DNA from: Corallochytrium limacisporum Hawaii
Lineage: Eukaryota; Protista; Pluriformea
Direction: 5' to 3'
DNA length: 64,000 nt
Assembly (NCBI GenBank): GCA_002811645.1
Contig: PDIP01000008.1
Coordinates: forward strand, 190,608 to 254,607
The position numbers and the translations under genes were made by a program. The notes under the pieces were generated by a model. That model had not been told where the DNA came from and made no database searches. It saw only the letters and a list, made by a program, of their open reading frames with translations. This document shows positions 10,548 through 22,662 of the stretch, piece by piece (within the stretch, counting starts at the first letter, position 1; every line of letters begins with the position of its first letter).

Positions 10548-12662
10548 TTACTGGATACCGTACTTCTTGTAGCGCAAGATCAGGTAGCCAATTACATGGA
10601 GTACAAAAATTTCGGCCAGAATGACGACAACGCAGACGGTGCGGCTGAGGTAGTCGGGCACACCAAGGGAAACCAGGACATCGTTACCATCGCAGACGCC
10701 GCCAGGACAACTGGGGCTTGCGTAGTTGTACCGAGTAGAGTCCTGGAATTCGTTGATGAGCAGACCATTGAAGGCGTAGGTGAAGGGCGAGATGTAGAAG
10801 AGCCAGATCCAGTAGTCGGGAATCTCATCAAACTGAATGAAGAAACCAGCACCCATAACCAAGACAAGGGGAGCTACACTGGAAATGGCCTGAGCAGCCT
10901 CAAAGGTAGGCATGCTCCAGGCCCAGACCGAGCTGATGGCAGTACCAAAGTCACCCATTAGGATAATGAGGAGGGTGAAGTAGAAGAACTTGCCAGCATC
11001 AGGGTCGAACCCAACGCCCCAATAGATGAGCAGAGACCATAGGATGGCACGGGCAAGCACGAACGGCCATTCGATGGACAGAAGAGACCAGTAGTATGCT
11101 GAAGCCTGGTACGTAACAGCATTGCGTTCACGGGTCACGAGAAGACGTTCGTTGAAAATGGGCTCAATCAGACCGTTGGAACCAATAGCAAAGAAGAGGA
11201 CGGAAAGGAAAATCAGAGATTGTTTGTTGCGCACACCCTGCTCATCAGTGCCAGAATCGGCGTACACAGACAGCAAAACCAGGGCGATGAAGATCCACTG
11301 CCCGACACGCTTCAAGACGAAGGTCTTGTCACGGGAAGCACCCCGGTAGGCCCGACGGGTCAACCAGTTGTAATTCCACCACATCGGGTTCATTTCAGCA
11401 GAAGCATGCGGATGAGCTGTTTGGGAGGCTAGACGGGCAGCTTGTAGGTTCTTTGTGCTCTGGAGACGCTTCTTAGCCATATCCGACTTCACGTACTCAT
11501 CCGCAAAGTAGCCCGCTCCATGACGGGGTCCCTTGACCATCATATTTTTGGTCAGATGCTGGCCAGTAATGCTCACAATGAATTCGGCGGGATTGCTGCC
11601 TTCCTCGAATACATAGCCATACTCAGAGAAGTGCGGTACCACGTCCTTGGTCGATCCCTGGTACACCAAACGACCATCTACCAAAAGAATGAGCTTGTCA
11701 AACAGAGCAAAGACCTCAGTGCTGGGTTGATGGATTGTGCAAATAACAGTGGTACCCCGACTGCAAATTCCTTTGACAACCTCAATCACATCCTCTGCTG
11801 TCGCACTGTCCAGACCGGAAGTGGGCTCGTCCAGGTATAGCAGCACTGGCTCAGTGATGAGCTCAATCGCAATGTTGACACGCTTCTGCTGACCACCAGA
11901 AATACCACGGGTGCGGTCGTCACCAATAATAGTGTCGGCACATTCAGTTAGACCGAGCTGGTCGATGACTTCCTGCACACGACGTTCCTTCTGTGACACT
12001 TGAAGAGTGCGGGGGAGACGCATGTGTGCCGTGTACATAAGCATCTCGCGCACAGTCAGAGTTCCCATGAGAATATCCCGCTGCTCGACGTAGGCGCTGA
12101 ACATGCGAAGATCGTCGTCCATGGGCACACCGTTGAAGAGGACATTACCTTGTACATTCTCAACATTTTTGCGACCGGCAAACACATCAAGAAGAGTACT
12201 CTTACCAGCGCCAGAGGGACCCATTAGGGCGCACAGCTCACCGGGCTGAATGTTACCAGTGATATCCTTAATAATAAACTTGCGAATGAGGTGCTGCTTG
12301 GGCCTCTTGCTAAGGACCTCGTCGAAAGGACTCACCTTGAAACCGTTGGCGTAGGTCACCGGACCGTCGGTACCAATGCCCGAGTCCTTTGCGAGCTTCA
12401 CCTTCAAGTCCACGAAGTAGGACATTTGTTCAAAAGTAACGGTCACAGGGCGAGGCTTGGGGCGACCAATCAGGGAAACCGCACGCTCCTGGACGTCCGC
12501 CTTAACTTTTGAGCGCGGTTGAACAGGTTCGCGGTCATCTTCGTAACTGGGGGGACTCTTATCCGAACCCGAGCTGGAGGAGGGGCGGTCCTTTGCCTCG
12601 TCTGTGTTTCCGGCATCGTCGGCCACCGGATAAGCCTCGTCATTGTGTGGTTTCGGTACCAT
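10548..12662 (-). CDS. ABCG (White-like) half transporter, NBD-TMD
   Basis: GPSGAGKST, ISGGQQKR, LYLDEPTSGLD, CTIHQPS, then about six hydrophobic helices. Confidence 0.95.
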   Translation of the reverse strand: MVPKPHNDEAYPVADDAGNTDEAKDRPSSSSGSDKSPPSYEDDREPVQPRSKVKADVQERAVSLIGRPKPRPVTVTFEQMSYFVDLKVKLAKDSGIGTDGPVTYANGFKVSPFDEVLSKRPKQHLIRKFIIKDITGNIQPGELCALMGPSGAGKSTLLDVFAGRKNVENVQGNVLFNGVPMDDDLRMFSAYVEQRDILMGTLTVREMLMYTAHMRLPRTLQVSQKERRVQEVIDQLGLTECADTIIGDDRTRGISGGQQKRVNIAIELITEPVLLYLDEPTSGLDSATAEDVIEVVKGICSRGTTVICTIHQPSTEVFALFDKLILLVDGRLVYQGSTKDVVPHFSEYGYVFEEGSNPAEFIVSITGQHLTKNMMVKGPRHGAGYFADEYVKSDMAKKRLQSTKNLQAARLASQTAHPHASAEMNPMWWNYNWLTRRAYRGASRDKTFVLKRVGQWIFIALVLLSVYADSGTDEQGVRNKQSLIFLSVLFFAIGSNGLIEPIFNERLLVTRERNAVTYQASAYYWSLLSIEWPFVLARAILWSLLIYWGVGFDPDAGKFFYFTLLIILMGDFGTAISSVWAWSMPTFEAAQAISSVAPLVLVMGAGFFIQFDEIPDYWIWLFYISPFTYAFNGLLINEFQDSTRYNYASPSCPGGVCDGNDVLVSLGVPDYLSRTVCVVVILAEIFVLHVIGYLILRYKKYGIQ

Positions 12663-15600
12663 TGTGACTTATTTCTGTTAAAACGTGTGTGTTGGTACGC
12701 GAAATAGAGCGACCAGATTTGTATACCTTCGATTTAGATAACTCCGTGTCTGGTATTCTACTGTAGCCCATTGAATACCTGTTTATGCCCTGCAAGTACA
12801 GATCACGGGCCATACATATGAATTAATGTGGCGTTTCCTATATTATTGGCCCTTTTCCCTTCAGCCTTGTCCCAATCCGTGTTCAAATGACACAAGAAGA
12901 CGTGCACGCTTGGAAATAAGGAAGAAGCCGGCACCCACCTTCGGTCGTCCCCTGGTCCAACTTCCCAGATGTTCCGTTCCCTTCCCCTCTCCCTCCGGAG
13001 AGCCTCTCCGTCGGCCCGAGGTTCTCTCCACCTCCTTCCGCCTCCCTTTTCAATTGGAAATGTACTACCAAATCACCAGAGAATTTTTGCTCTGTCTCTC
13101 GTTCTCTCTCTCCCCCCGCGCGCCCAGGGTGGGTGATTTCTTCTCATTCCTTTTTCTTATGTTGCCTGTTGCTTTCCCCATGGTAGAATACGCAGGAGTT
13201 CGATCCCCAGTTTCACTGTTACCAATTTTCTGTCGTCGTTCCCCTTCGGCGCTGGTTCTTCTCTAACTGATCGGCCTGGCCTTGGTCGCTTTGGTCAGGT
13301 CATGCCAGTCCTAGGGCTCCTCCCAGGATTTTCATATTTTGTGGTATTCGCCTTGTGCGGGTTCTCCGTTAATTCATCTCGCTCTCTCTCTCTCTCGCTC
13401 TCGCTTACTCTGTGACAGTTTCCTCATCTTCCCCAACCCATCCCTCCCCCTCCCCTCTGCTCTCTCTCTCTCTCTATCTCCCTCTCGCGCGGCTGACTTG
13501 TTCGGTATAGAAACGGAAGAAAAGAAGCGGGAAGAGGCGGGACACAAAGGGTTCCAAAATTTGCGACGACAAAATACAGGCAGGGCAATATTGCCACATA
13601 GCATTGCGCAAAATTTTGGGAACGAAAAATTAAAGAGGGGACGTGGGGGGAGGTGTGAGCCCCCCCGGGGGGGGATTGCCTCTCTTCCTCCGTGTGCGTG
13701 TGCGTGCGCGCGAGGTTCTTCAGCTCTTCAGAGTTCGTACGTGATTCATCACTCTAAGCTACCCCTCTCACAACCCTCATGGGCGGTTTCGAATCCGGTC
13801 AGCTGAGCCGGGGCGGAGGTGACAACCGAACCTATCGCCATATAGTCACTATGGAAAACCAGACCTTGCCAGACTGGAAAAACCGTCACCGCATAGAAAA
13901 TTTTCTTTCCCCTTGCTGGTCACCATACAGGCTGTTGAAAAAGGGCGTGCTGCAAGAAGAAAAGTCAGAAACTGGCAGCGGACGGTGGGGACCGTCCAAA
14001 TGATCCTTGCCGCCTTGAAAGGATGGCCAAAGTCCCTACAGGAACAATATACAACCATAGAGACATGAGTTGTAGGTCTGTCAACGACCCCTCCCTCCCC
14101 AACAATCCTTGGGTGAGCCGACCACACAAGGAAGGCAAGACCGGTCGGAGACGGCAGGGGCTCGGTTATTATCGTGCACAACACGAGGCAAGCAACTGCA
14201 CCGTCAGAATTTTATTTTTCCTTTTGTTTGCGTAAAGTCGGTGCTTACGTTATATACCAAGAAGATGATTCGAAGTGCAAAAAAAAAAGGAAGAGAGAGA
14301 ATAAGGAAACTGAATAAGGTAGCGCAGGCGGGTGGCGAGGGGGCGCAACCAGAAGATCCAAAATAAGTCCGAGCAACGGGAGATCGGGTGGCGGGCGGAG
14401 AACGGGGGAGAAAGAGAAAGAGAGCAAGAGAGTGAAAAGGGGGGGAGCTGAGAGAATGGAGTGTGGAAGGGTCAAGGAAACAACCGAGCACTGCTACACG
14501 ACTGGGGCAGAGTGGCAAAAAAAATAGCGAAAGGGGGGAATGACGAAGAGGTGAGTCAGTGGCAGTTTGCCCGGCACAGATAAATTGAGGTGTGTACGAG
14601 CGGTGTGGTCCTTGATAAGTACCTGACCCGCTCAGCCCCACCGCTTTTCTATTTTGTATATACTGCAGATACCGACCGGAACATCAGCTGATGGGTTTCC
14701 GTGCTGTTGCCCATGAAGAAAATATTTATCGGTTACTCCTTTCATTTGTTTTGCCTATCGTGGTAGAGGAAAAGGAGGGAGTGGACGTTAGAAACGGGAG
14801 ACCGGTAAGATAGAGCCCAAGACCTACAAGTTCGAATCAACGTGTTGCATTTTTGTGTGTGCCTTTGGAAATTCCTATGAAAGAATTCGTCCACTGCTTG
14901 ATACTAGTATATCATTATCGATCAAATCCGCATGATGTATGGTCGACCACGCAGGCTCTCGCCGAGAGTTGTGCTGCTCCATGGGCTGTCGCAGCGGGAT
15001 GGTTTGGCAAGTATTGTCTCGGTCAGCCGACACCTGGTCTAATGTGTCTAACCGACGGCTAGTTTTTTCCCTTGCGCTGTAACTACTACCATGTCTCTAT
15101 GATTCTCTCATGATCGACGCGCGGCGTCCGGAAAAGACCCGTTTGGAGAGATTGGGAGAGAGTTCCATTGGACCGGTCACCGTTGAGTGTGTGTGGCCCA
15201 TTGGGCACAACAGTGGTTCAATCGCACCGGACAGAGTTAGTCGAACTACTTTCGCATGTCCATTACTATTCAGCGTACCGCCGCGCTCCCATTTGACCGA
15301 TTTAGTTTATATAACGTGAGTTGCGGCTTTCATCGCGCGGGTAAGACGTCGAGCCATCCCGCTGGCAGACAAAGGAAACCGTCCTACGCTATGTATGAAA
15401 GATCGAGGTAGCAATTTCCCTCACCTTCAACCAGCATCGGTCCATCTATCAACTCACTCCCTTCCCCTCGCCCCGCTGCCCCGGAGGGGGAATGGGGGGT
15501 TAACGGTACGGCACTGCGCTGCGGACCAAAGTCCGACAACACACCTGCCCCTCAGTAGATACTCTATTATCATTCGGGTCAGCTGACCGGCTCATTGGGT

Positions 15601-18204
15601 GAGTGTGAAAAAAAACACTGCACACCTCATTTTCTCTATCATTCCCGCATTCTGTGCACGCGGTGAACGATAAGCGTACCAGGGAGAAAAAATTGGGATC
15701 AGGTACATAGTATGTTCACCATGTGGTATTGAATTGGAGTACTTTCTCAAGTACCAATAGAGTGAGTGTTGTCCGCCAGCGATAGACATCTCCCGTCGCT
15801 GCGAGGTTTCATTGCCTGATACTCTTCTCATTTCTCACAAAGACAGACGGTTGCAGGGAATCCACTGCTGATGATCACACATACATGCGGCCATGAGTAC
15901 TTAACAAGTGAAGAAAAAATCAGTTCCGCTCAAGAAACTAACAGTGCAATGTGTGCCGACGTCTCATCACAAGGAGGGCACGCGCGGGTAGAGGTGACAA
16001 TTTCTCAATGAGCGCTTCTTGTTGAACGGAAGACCGGAGCATGTTAGAACTATCCATATAAACTGTACTATCTATTGCGTCGAACTAAAATGATGATGTC
16101 CGTAACAAGGTAGGAATTTTCCGCAGATCTGCCTTTGTTCGATTGCTGGGCTGGAATGTACGCGGCGATTGTTTCACCACGGGAAAGCCGTACTAAATAT
16201 ATGGATAACTTGATGCGGACTGTTCACTGTACAATCTCATTCCTTCATCTCCATTTATTCTGTGTCTTGAGGCCACAAGATCCGCCACCGCTTCATTCTT
16301 TCTCAACCTCTCTTAGTGCAATGTTTGTCCAGTGCTTAGGTACCGCTATTCCGTAAATGAGCCCCCACCATCAATCAGACACTTCTGCGACCCATTTTTG
16401 GTAAGAATTCCATTCCTTGGCCCCAGGCGATCCCTAGCAGGACGGGCTGAAAGTGCCTTAAAGCGATCTGGAAATTAAGTACATTCACTATGCCCATCGC
16501 GACCGACGTCAGGTGATCATCCGTTTACTGGCACCCATCCGCCCACACGCCCTTGTGGACTTATCCCGCAAACGTCTCTCACTGGCTTTCAATATTTAAT
16601 GTTCCCGTGGTTTTGAGCGGCGTGCCAACATGGGCACAAGAATCGCACGTCTATAACTTCCTCCTCACGTAATATCCTTCGGTGCCAGCAACCAAGTTTG
16701 TATTTAAACCAGAGTAGATTAAGTACTTCGAATGGGACTCTATTGGCCCACGTTTCCTTTGATCCATTGGCAACGACCGTCCGTCTCTGCTTGCGCTCAG
16801 TATCTTTGCAGAATTCGTCCCTGTTGCCGTGCAGTGTATGATTGCAGCGTTGCGTACTGTTGGCACTATATTCCGCATAGAGTGTTTATAGTATTCCATG
16901 TCTACCGCGGGCGGCAGTAATGAATCAGCAGACAACTTTTTCCGGACAACTGCAAAGCGAAACAAGACAAGCATCCAGATCCCAAGTCTTGTAATTTTCC
17001 TTTCGAGATGGCCGTCGGCAAGTTTGCAAACGCGTCCAAATTCTGTTGTCATATGGCTTACGTGAGAGCTGCCAGTAAGTGAAAGATTTTCGTCACGGAG
17101 CCGGTTTCAAATCTTTCCAGCCGTTGTGAGGACGCACTCAGGTGGACCAGCAGAAACAAGTGACCATGTGCGGGAGTGGCACCTGTGGTTCGTGATGAGG
17201 CTGGTACCGCGACATGGTGTAGGGGGGTTCTCAGCTGTGCCCCCCCTGAGATATTTTGCATGTTTTGACGTGAAATAAACATGTGGAAGGTGCGTAGAGT
17301 AGCGGGAAATGCACTCGACCAAAGGCCGTCATTGGCTAACCCAGCAGCGCAGGCCAACCAAAGAATCAGGTGAGGGGGGTGGGGGGAAAAAGAGAGACCT
17401 TGCGCAGACAAGTGTCCCACCCCCGGAAGAAGCGGGGCATGAAACGGTAGATGAAAATGAATCGGTGGCAGGCGAGAAGAAAGTTTTTTTTTTCAAACAA
17501 CCGCAACCTTGCTATTCTGGCTTTCGCACATATTTATTTCTCGAATGACAAATCCAGAACCGAGGACACGTTAGGTCGCAGATTCTGTTACGTCGGTTGC
17601 GCCACAGTTGTGACTCTTCGGCATCATTCATTAAGTTTCCCTTCCCTAGAGCTCCACGTAGTCTTCATTCAGCTCTCAGCTGACTCAGTTCTCAGATTGT
17701 GGTCCATGCAGGACTTGACTTGTTTTTTTTCTTCAACGGTGTGAACGGCACGAAGGCCAATTAATGTTCTTCAGATACTGTGAAAGATGGTGAGCCTCAC
17801 AGCGGAGGAACAATTACTATAGCCCGCCACAACCAACGGAATCGTCAGTTCGACCCCGACGCCGCAAAGTGGACCTAAAACATTCTGCTTCATTGTGCCC
17901 TGCCTGCCAGACTCATTGCAGAGCGGGTGCTTTGCCGAAAGAATGCGAAAAGTTCGCTGTGGAGCTCAATGTACAGCCGAAAGAATAAAACAAAATAAAA
18001 ACGAATGGAAGGAAAACGTCAATCTGCGCAAATAAGTGTTTGCATCTCAGGATTCACCGACTTGGTGTTGTGTGGCACCTGAACCCCCGGTCGCGTGCGC
18101 TTTGACCTGTCCTCATCTTTAACAGTTTCCCTTGTATTCGGTACGCGCCGAAGATTGCAGGAAGAAACCGGAACCCCCGGAATTGAAAAGGGGGAACAGA
18201 AGGG

Positions 18205-18207
<3 letters not shown>

Positions 18208-18247
<40 letters not shown>
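18208..18247 (+). repeat. (GA)n microsatellite
   Basis: Direct read; related GA/CT tracts near 13381, 13461, 25299, 46903, 48016. Confidence 0.9.
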
Positions 18248-18250
<3 letters not shown>

Positions 18251-19010
18251 AGAGGGTAAGGACTTGGTGGGGAGAGCATTTGGCAACGCTTTCTTTTATC
18301 GGCTGACCCTACCCGTCCGGGCCATCATTCGATATCTGCTGAGGCGGGTGGTGAAGGGGGGAGAGGGGGGAGGGGGGAATGGGCTGCAAGCAAACGAGGG
18401 AAGACCGGGGGTGGAAGGGAGAAAGAGAAAGGGAACGGAACGGAACGGACGGGAGGGGGAGAGGGGACGAGGACGAGGAGGAGGCAAAGACCGGGGACAA
18501 AATGGAACACACAGACAGACAAAGGGGATGAATCGCGCGAGGCAGGAAAGGAACGGGAGAGAAAGTGAGCGAGGAAACTGTGGTGTGGATTTACCTGAAC
18601 GGTTGTGCGGGCCCGGAGAGAGAGGGGGCAGGTTGTTCACCCTCTCTTCTGACTCACTTGTTCCCTCTCGTGCTGGCAAAGTCTTAAGTCTCGGTGGTAC
18701 CGCCGCGCACTGGACCAGCCGTTGAGTATTTTGTATGCGTGCAGGCCTCGCTGCCGTGTACACTGAGCACGTTTTCATTGTCAGTAATTTGTTCATAAAG
18801 GACTTATACTTTCCCTCTGAGGAGTTGACGAGGGATACGTATGGGTCAGGAGCATCTATGGTATGGTAAGGTATGTGAGGTACTGACGATGAAGATTAAG
18901 CAACGTAAAGAAACAGAACTTCAAGCTATGAACGAGGTACCGTATCCTACGGACCCCATTTTCCCGCTAGTCGTTTATTTTATATAGACACAAAATACGA
19001 AACAGAAACC

Positions 19011-21089
19011 ATGGCGAACCCGGATCAAACGAACGAGGACCAGCCGAAGGTCTTCAGTAACACAAAGCAGACGCTGGAGGGTGATACTGATGGTGTCTAT
19101 GGTAGTGAACCCCCAAAGCCCCCGGCACTGGTCGAAGAGGAGCGCAACAAGATGATGTCTGTCATTTCCAACCAGGGCGACGGACAGGAAATGACCATCA
19201 CTCTCGACCAAGTTGGATACACTGTCCCTATTGCAACAGAGTCCTACAGTAAGAAAGAGAAGCTCAAGAGCATGGTGACTTGCAATGGCATGCTAAGGGA
19301 CCACTTTGAGGACAAGGCCCTGTTGAGCGACGTTAGTGCTGTGATTAAGCCCGGTACCTTGACTGCCATTATGGGTCCCTCCGGTGCTGGTAAGTCCACT
19401 CTGCTTGACGTTATTTCTGCACGCAAGAACCAGGGTATCATCAGTGGTGACATGCAGTTTAACAAGGGCGAGCGTCCGAAGAACTGGAAGCGCCTGGCCG
19501 GATACGTTGAGCAGACCGATGTTCTGCTGGCCACCCTTACAGTACGCCAGACCTTTTACTATGCAGCACGGCTCAAGATTCCAAAGGCAGAGTGGGGTAA
19601 TAACTGTGAGTTGATTGACAACCGCGTAAATCGCGTTATCGAAATGCTGGGTCTGGAGAGCTGTGCGGACACCATTGTGGGATCTGCCAGCCTGCGCGGT
19701 ATCTCCGGTGGTCAGGCTAAGCGTGTAAACATTGGTATTGAGTTAATCACTTTCCCAAGTGTGCTCTTCTTGGACGAGCCGACCACCGGTCTGGACTCCC
19801 AGACCGCCTACGATGTTATGTTGGTCGTCAAGAAACTGGCTGCAGGTGGCCGCACCGTCCTGGCCACCATCCATCAGCCCAGTCCGGACACATACCGCTT
19901 GTTTGACTCCTTGCTGCTGCTCGTCCTGGGTGAGACTGTCTATAACGGACCTCCCCTGGGTGCTGTTAAGTATCTTGAGGACCTGGGCTACCAGTACCCC
20001 ACCAACATGAACCCGGCTGACTTCATCATCGCTGTCACCGGCGGTGGTACGGGCCACGGTCACCGCAACATTGAGGGACCGGAGGTTCAGGACCCCCGCT
20101 GGTTTGCCCAGCAGTGGAAGAAGTCCTCCATGGCCCAGGAACGTGCCGCCTCCCAGATGCGCGCAAACCGCGAACTCAGTTCCAAGAAGCGTAAGCAGAT
20201 GATTCAGCTGGATGAGGAAAGGTTCAGCAACAGCCGCTGGACCAACTTTGTGACCGTGCTGAAGCGGTACCTCTACCTGCGTATTCACGACCCGCGCTAT
20301 CTTGGTGTGCGTTTCACGCGTGTACTCTTCATGGCCTTCCTGATTGCCACTTTCTTCAAGAATCAGGGCACGGATAGCCAGGCAGTCTACAATCTGTTCT
20401 CCGTTTTCAACTTCACTGTGATGAATTTCTCCTTCGGTGCTCTCGGTTTCCTGAACAACCTCATTGAAGAACGGAAGGTCTTTGTCCGTGAACGCAACGC
20501 CGCAACTTACCAGGTCTTCCCGTACTACATGGCTCAGGTGTGCTCCGAAATTCCTTTCACGATTCTCCAGGTGATTCTCTGGACCATCATCGTCTACTTC
20601 TCCGTCGATCTGCGCTCCGGTGCAGAATTCTTCTTCACCTACATGCTCATCACCTATCTATTGGGTGAGTGCGGTCTTGCAATGGTGCAGACATTCTCTG
20701 CACTGGCTGACGACTTCACGGAGGCTAACTTCCAGATCCTTCCAGTCCTGATGATCAGCTTCATCTTTGCCGGTTTCTATATTCGTGCCCCAGAAATTCC
20801 CGACTACTGGATTTGGGCCTACTACATCTCCTATATTGGCTACGGTCTGAACGCCCTGGGTATCAACCAGTTCGATGATAACTTTAGCTACACCCAGGAC
20901 TGTATTGTTAACGGTGAAGCTCAACAATGCCCATGGGACCCGGATGACCTGATGTCCTTCTGGGGTGTCGGTCCAGAGGGTGTGGTGTCCAACAAGTGGT
21001 ATTCCATTCTCATCCTGGCACTCATTACGTTTGCCTGGCGCACTATGGTCTACCTGATGCTGCGCTTCAAGAAGCATGGCACCCGGTAG
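19011..21089 (+). CDS. ABCG (White-like) half transporter, NBD-TMD; paralog of 10548-12662
   Basis: GPSGAGKST, ISGGQAKR, LFLDEPTTGLD, ATIHQPS, IPDYWIW, six TM helices. Confidence 0.95.
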   Translation: MANPDQTNEDQPKVFSNTKQTLEGDTDGVYGSEPPKPPALVEEERNKMMSVISNQGDGQEMTITLDQVGYTVPIATESYSKKEKLKSMVTCNGMLRDHFEDKALLSDVSAVIKPGTLTAIMGPSGAGKSTLLDVISARKNQGIISGDMQFNKGERPKNWKRLAGYVEQTDVLLATLTVRQTFYYAARLKIPKAEWGNNCELIDNRVNRVIEMLGLESCADTIVGSASLRGISGGQAKRVNIGIELITFPSVLFLDEPTTGLDSQTAYDVMLVVKKLAAGGRTVLATIHQPSPDTYRLFDSLLLLVLGETVYNGPPLGAVKYLEDLGYQYPTNMNPADFIIAVTGGGTGHGHRNIEGPEVQDPRWFAQQWKKSSMAQERAASQMRANRELSSKKRKQMIQLDEERFSNSRWTNFVTVLKRYLYLRIHDPRYLGVRFTRVLFMAFLIATFFKNQGTDSQAVYNLFSVFNFTVMNFSFGALGFLNNLIEERKVFVRERNAATYQVFPYYMAQVCSEIPFTILQVILWTIIVYFSVDLRSGAEFFFTYMLITYLLGECGLAMVQTFSALADDFTEANFQILPVLMISFIFAGFYIRAPEIPDYWIWAYYISYIGYGLNALGINQFDDNFSYTQDCIVNGEAQQCPWDPDDLMSFWGVGPEGVVSNKWYSILILALITFAWRTMVYLMLRFKKHGTR

Positions 21090-21267
21090 GGTCTCGGTTG
21101 TGCACATTATTATTCAAAACAACTCCACAAAAGCGACAAGACATTTTCATCTCCTTTTCATACATACATAGTAAATTGGCCTACATGTACACATTTACAA
21201 TTTTGTTGCTGTTGAGTATGCTACGCAGCATCATCCGACGAATCCCATGAAAAGCGTGTTCAGGAAT

Positions 21268-22662
21268 TCAGCTCAGCTGCTTGCAGTGGAAGCTCTTGGG
21301 CTGCGTGACAGAATCGAAGCCAAACTGAGACAGGCTGACACCACGACCAGAATCCTTCACACCCGTCCACGCCAGGGCAGGGTCGAGGTAATCGCAACGG
21401 TTCACGAAAAATGTGCCAGTCTGCACCTGGTCGCCAATGGCTAAACCAGTCTCGTAGTCCTTGGTCCACACCGATGCGGTCAGGCCGAACTCGCTGTCGT
21501 TCATGAGCCGTATGGCCTCCTCATCGCCACTGACCTTCATTATACCGATCACCGGTCCGAACGACTCGTCCCGCATTACCGACATGGAATGATCCACGTT
21601 GGTCAGAACCTGCGGAGCGAGGTACGGACCCTTCTCATCTGCCGCCAAGGGAAACAGGCTTGCATCAATATGGGTTTGTGCCCCGGCCGCGACGGCGTCG
21701 GCGATTTGTTTTCGGATCCAATCGGCCGCTGACACCCGCACACAAGGACCCAGTGTCGTACCTGCCTCTCTAGGATCGCCCAGTATCATCTTTTTGGTTT
21801 CTTCCACATACTCCGAGACAAACGTGTCGTAAACGTCCTCATGGACGTAGATACGCTCAATAGCACAGCAGCACTGGCCACAATTGAAGAAAGCGCCGCT
21901 CACTAGCTCAGCCACACTGTAAGACAGATCCGCATCCGCGCGCACGTACGCAGGATCCTTGCCGCCCAATTCGAGACCAATGGCCATAAACTTATCGGAA
22001 GCCGCCTTGACAACTTCGTGACCGCCCTTCACGGAGCCGGTAAAGTTCACAAAGCCGACCCGAGGGTCCTGGATAACCGTGGCCGTAACGTCATGGTCCA
22101 TGTGCAGGTACTGGAAGACGCCATCAGGGAGACCGGCAGCCTTAAAAGACGCGGCGAAACGCTCAGCGGCGAGGAGAGTCTGACTGCTCTGTTTCAGGAT
22201 AACCGTGTTGCCAGCGAGGATGGCCGGTACGGTTGCGTTGATGGTGATCAGGTACGGGTAGTTCCACGCTCCGGCAATCAGGCAAACGCCAATGGGATCC
22301 TTGCGCACAAAGCGAGTAAATCCTTCCACCTTACCGACTTCCACGTCCTTCAGACACTCCGGCGCAATCTTTGTCATGTATCGAGCACGTTCCTCTGTGC
22401 CACCAATCTCACCACCTGCCTGCCCCACTGGGCGGCCCATCTGCATCGTTAACTCCATGGCCAGCTCATCCTTCAAGCTCACAAAGTGGTCGATGAATTT
22501 GGTCATAATTCCACACCGCTCAGCCACTGGTACCTTGCGCCACTCCCGCTGTGCCTCCTCTGCCTTGGATATGGCCTTCAAGGCCTCATCCTTGCTCGCC
22601 AGTGGCCGTTCCACGAACACGGAACCGTCTACGGGAGACACAATCTTGACTGTACCGGTCAT
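21268..22662 (-). CDS. NAD(P)-dependent aldehyde dehydrogenase
   Basis: AWNYP, FTGS, LELGGKD, FNCGQCCCA, ESFGPV, FGLTAS; first ATG is 22662 (ORF track starts at GTG 22674). Confidence 0.94.
   Translation of the reverse strand: MTGTVKIVSPVDGSVFVERPLASKDEALKAISKAEEAQREWRKVPVAERCGIMTKFIDHFVSLKDELAMELTMQMGRPVGQAGGEIGGTEERARYMTKIAPECLKDVEVGKVEGFTRFVRKDPIGVCLIAGAWNYPYLITINATVPAILAGNTVILKQSSQTLLAAERFAASFKAAGLPDGVFQYLHMDHDVTATVIQDPRVGFVNFTGSVKGGHEVVKAASDKFMAIGLELGGKDPAYVRADADLSYSVAELVSGAFFNCGQCCCAIERIYVHEDVYDTFVSEYVEETKKMILGDPREAGTTLGPCVRVSAADWIRKQIADAVAAGAQTHIDASLFPLAADEKGPYLAPQVLTNVDHSMSVMRDESFGPVIGIMKVSGDEEAIRLMNDSEFGLTASVWTKDYETGLAIGDQVQTGTFFVNRCDYLDPALAWTGVKDSGRGVSLSQFGFDSVTQPKSFHCKQLS

Noticed and set aside
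17800-17870. GTTCGA T-arm-like hairpin (similar motifs near 14830, 23578, 57900)
   Set aside because: No cloverleaf or acceptor stem can be built
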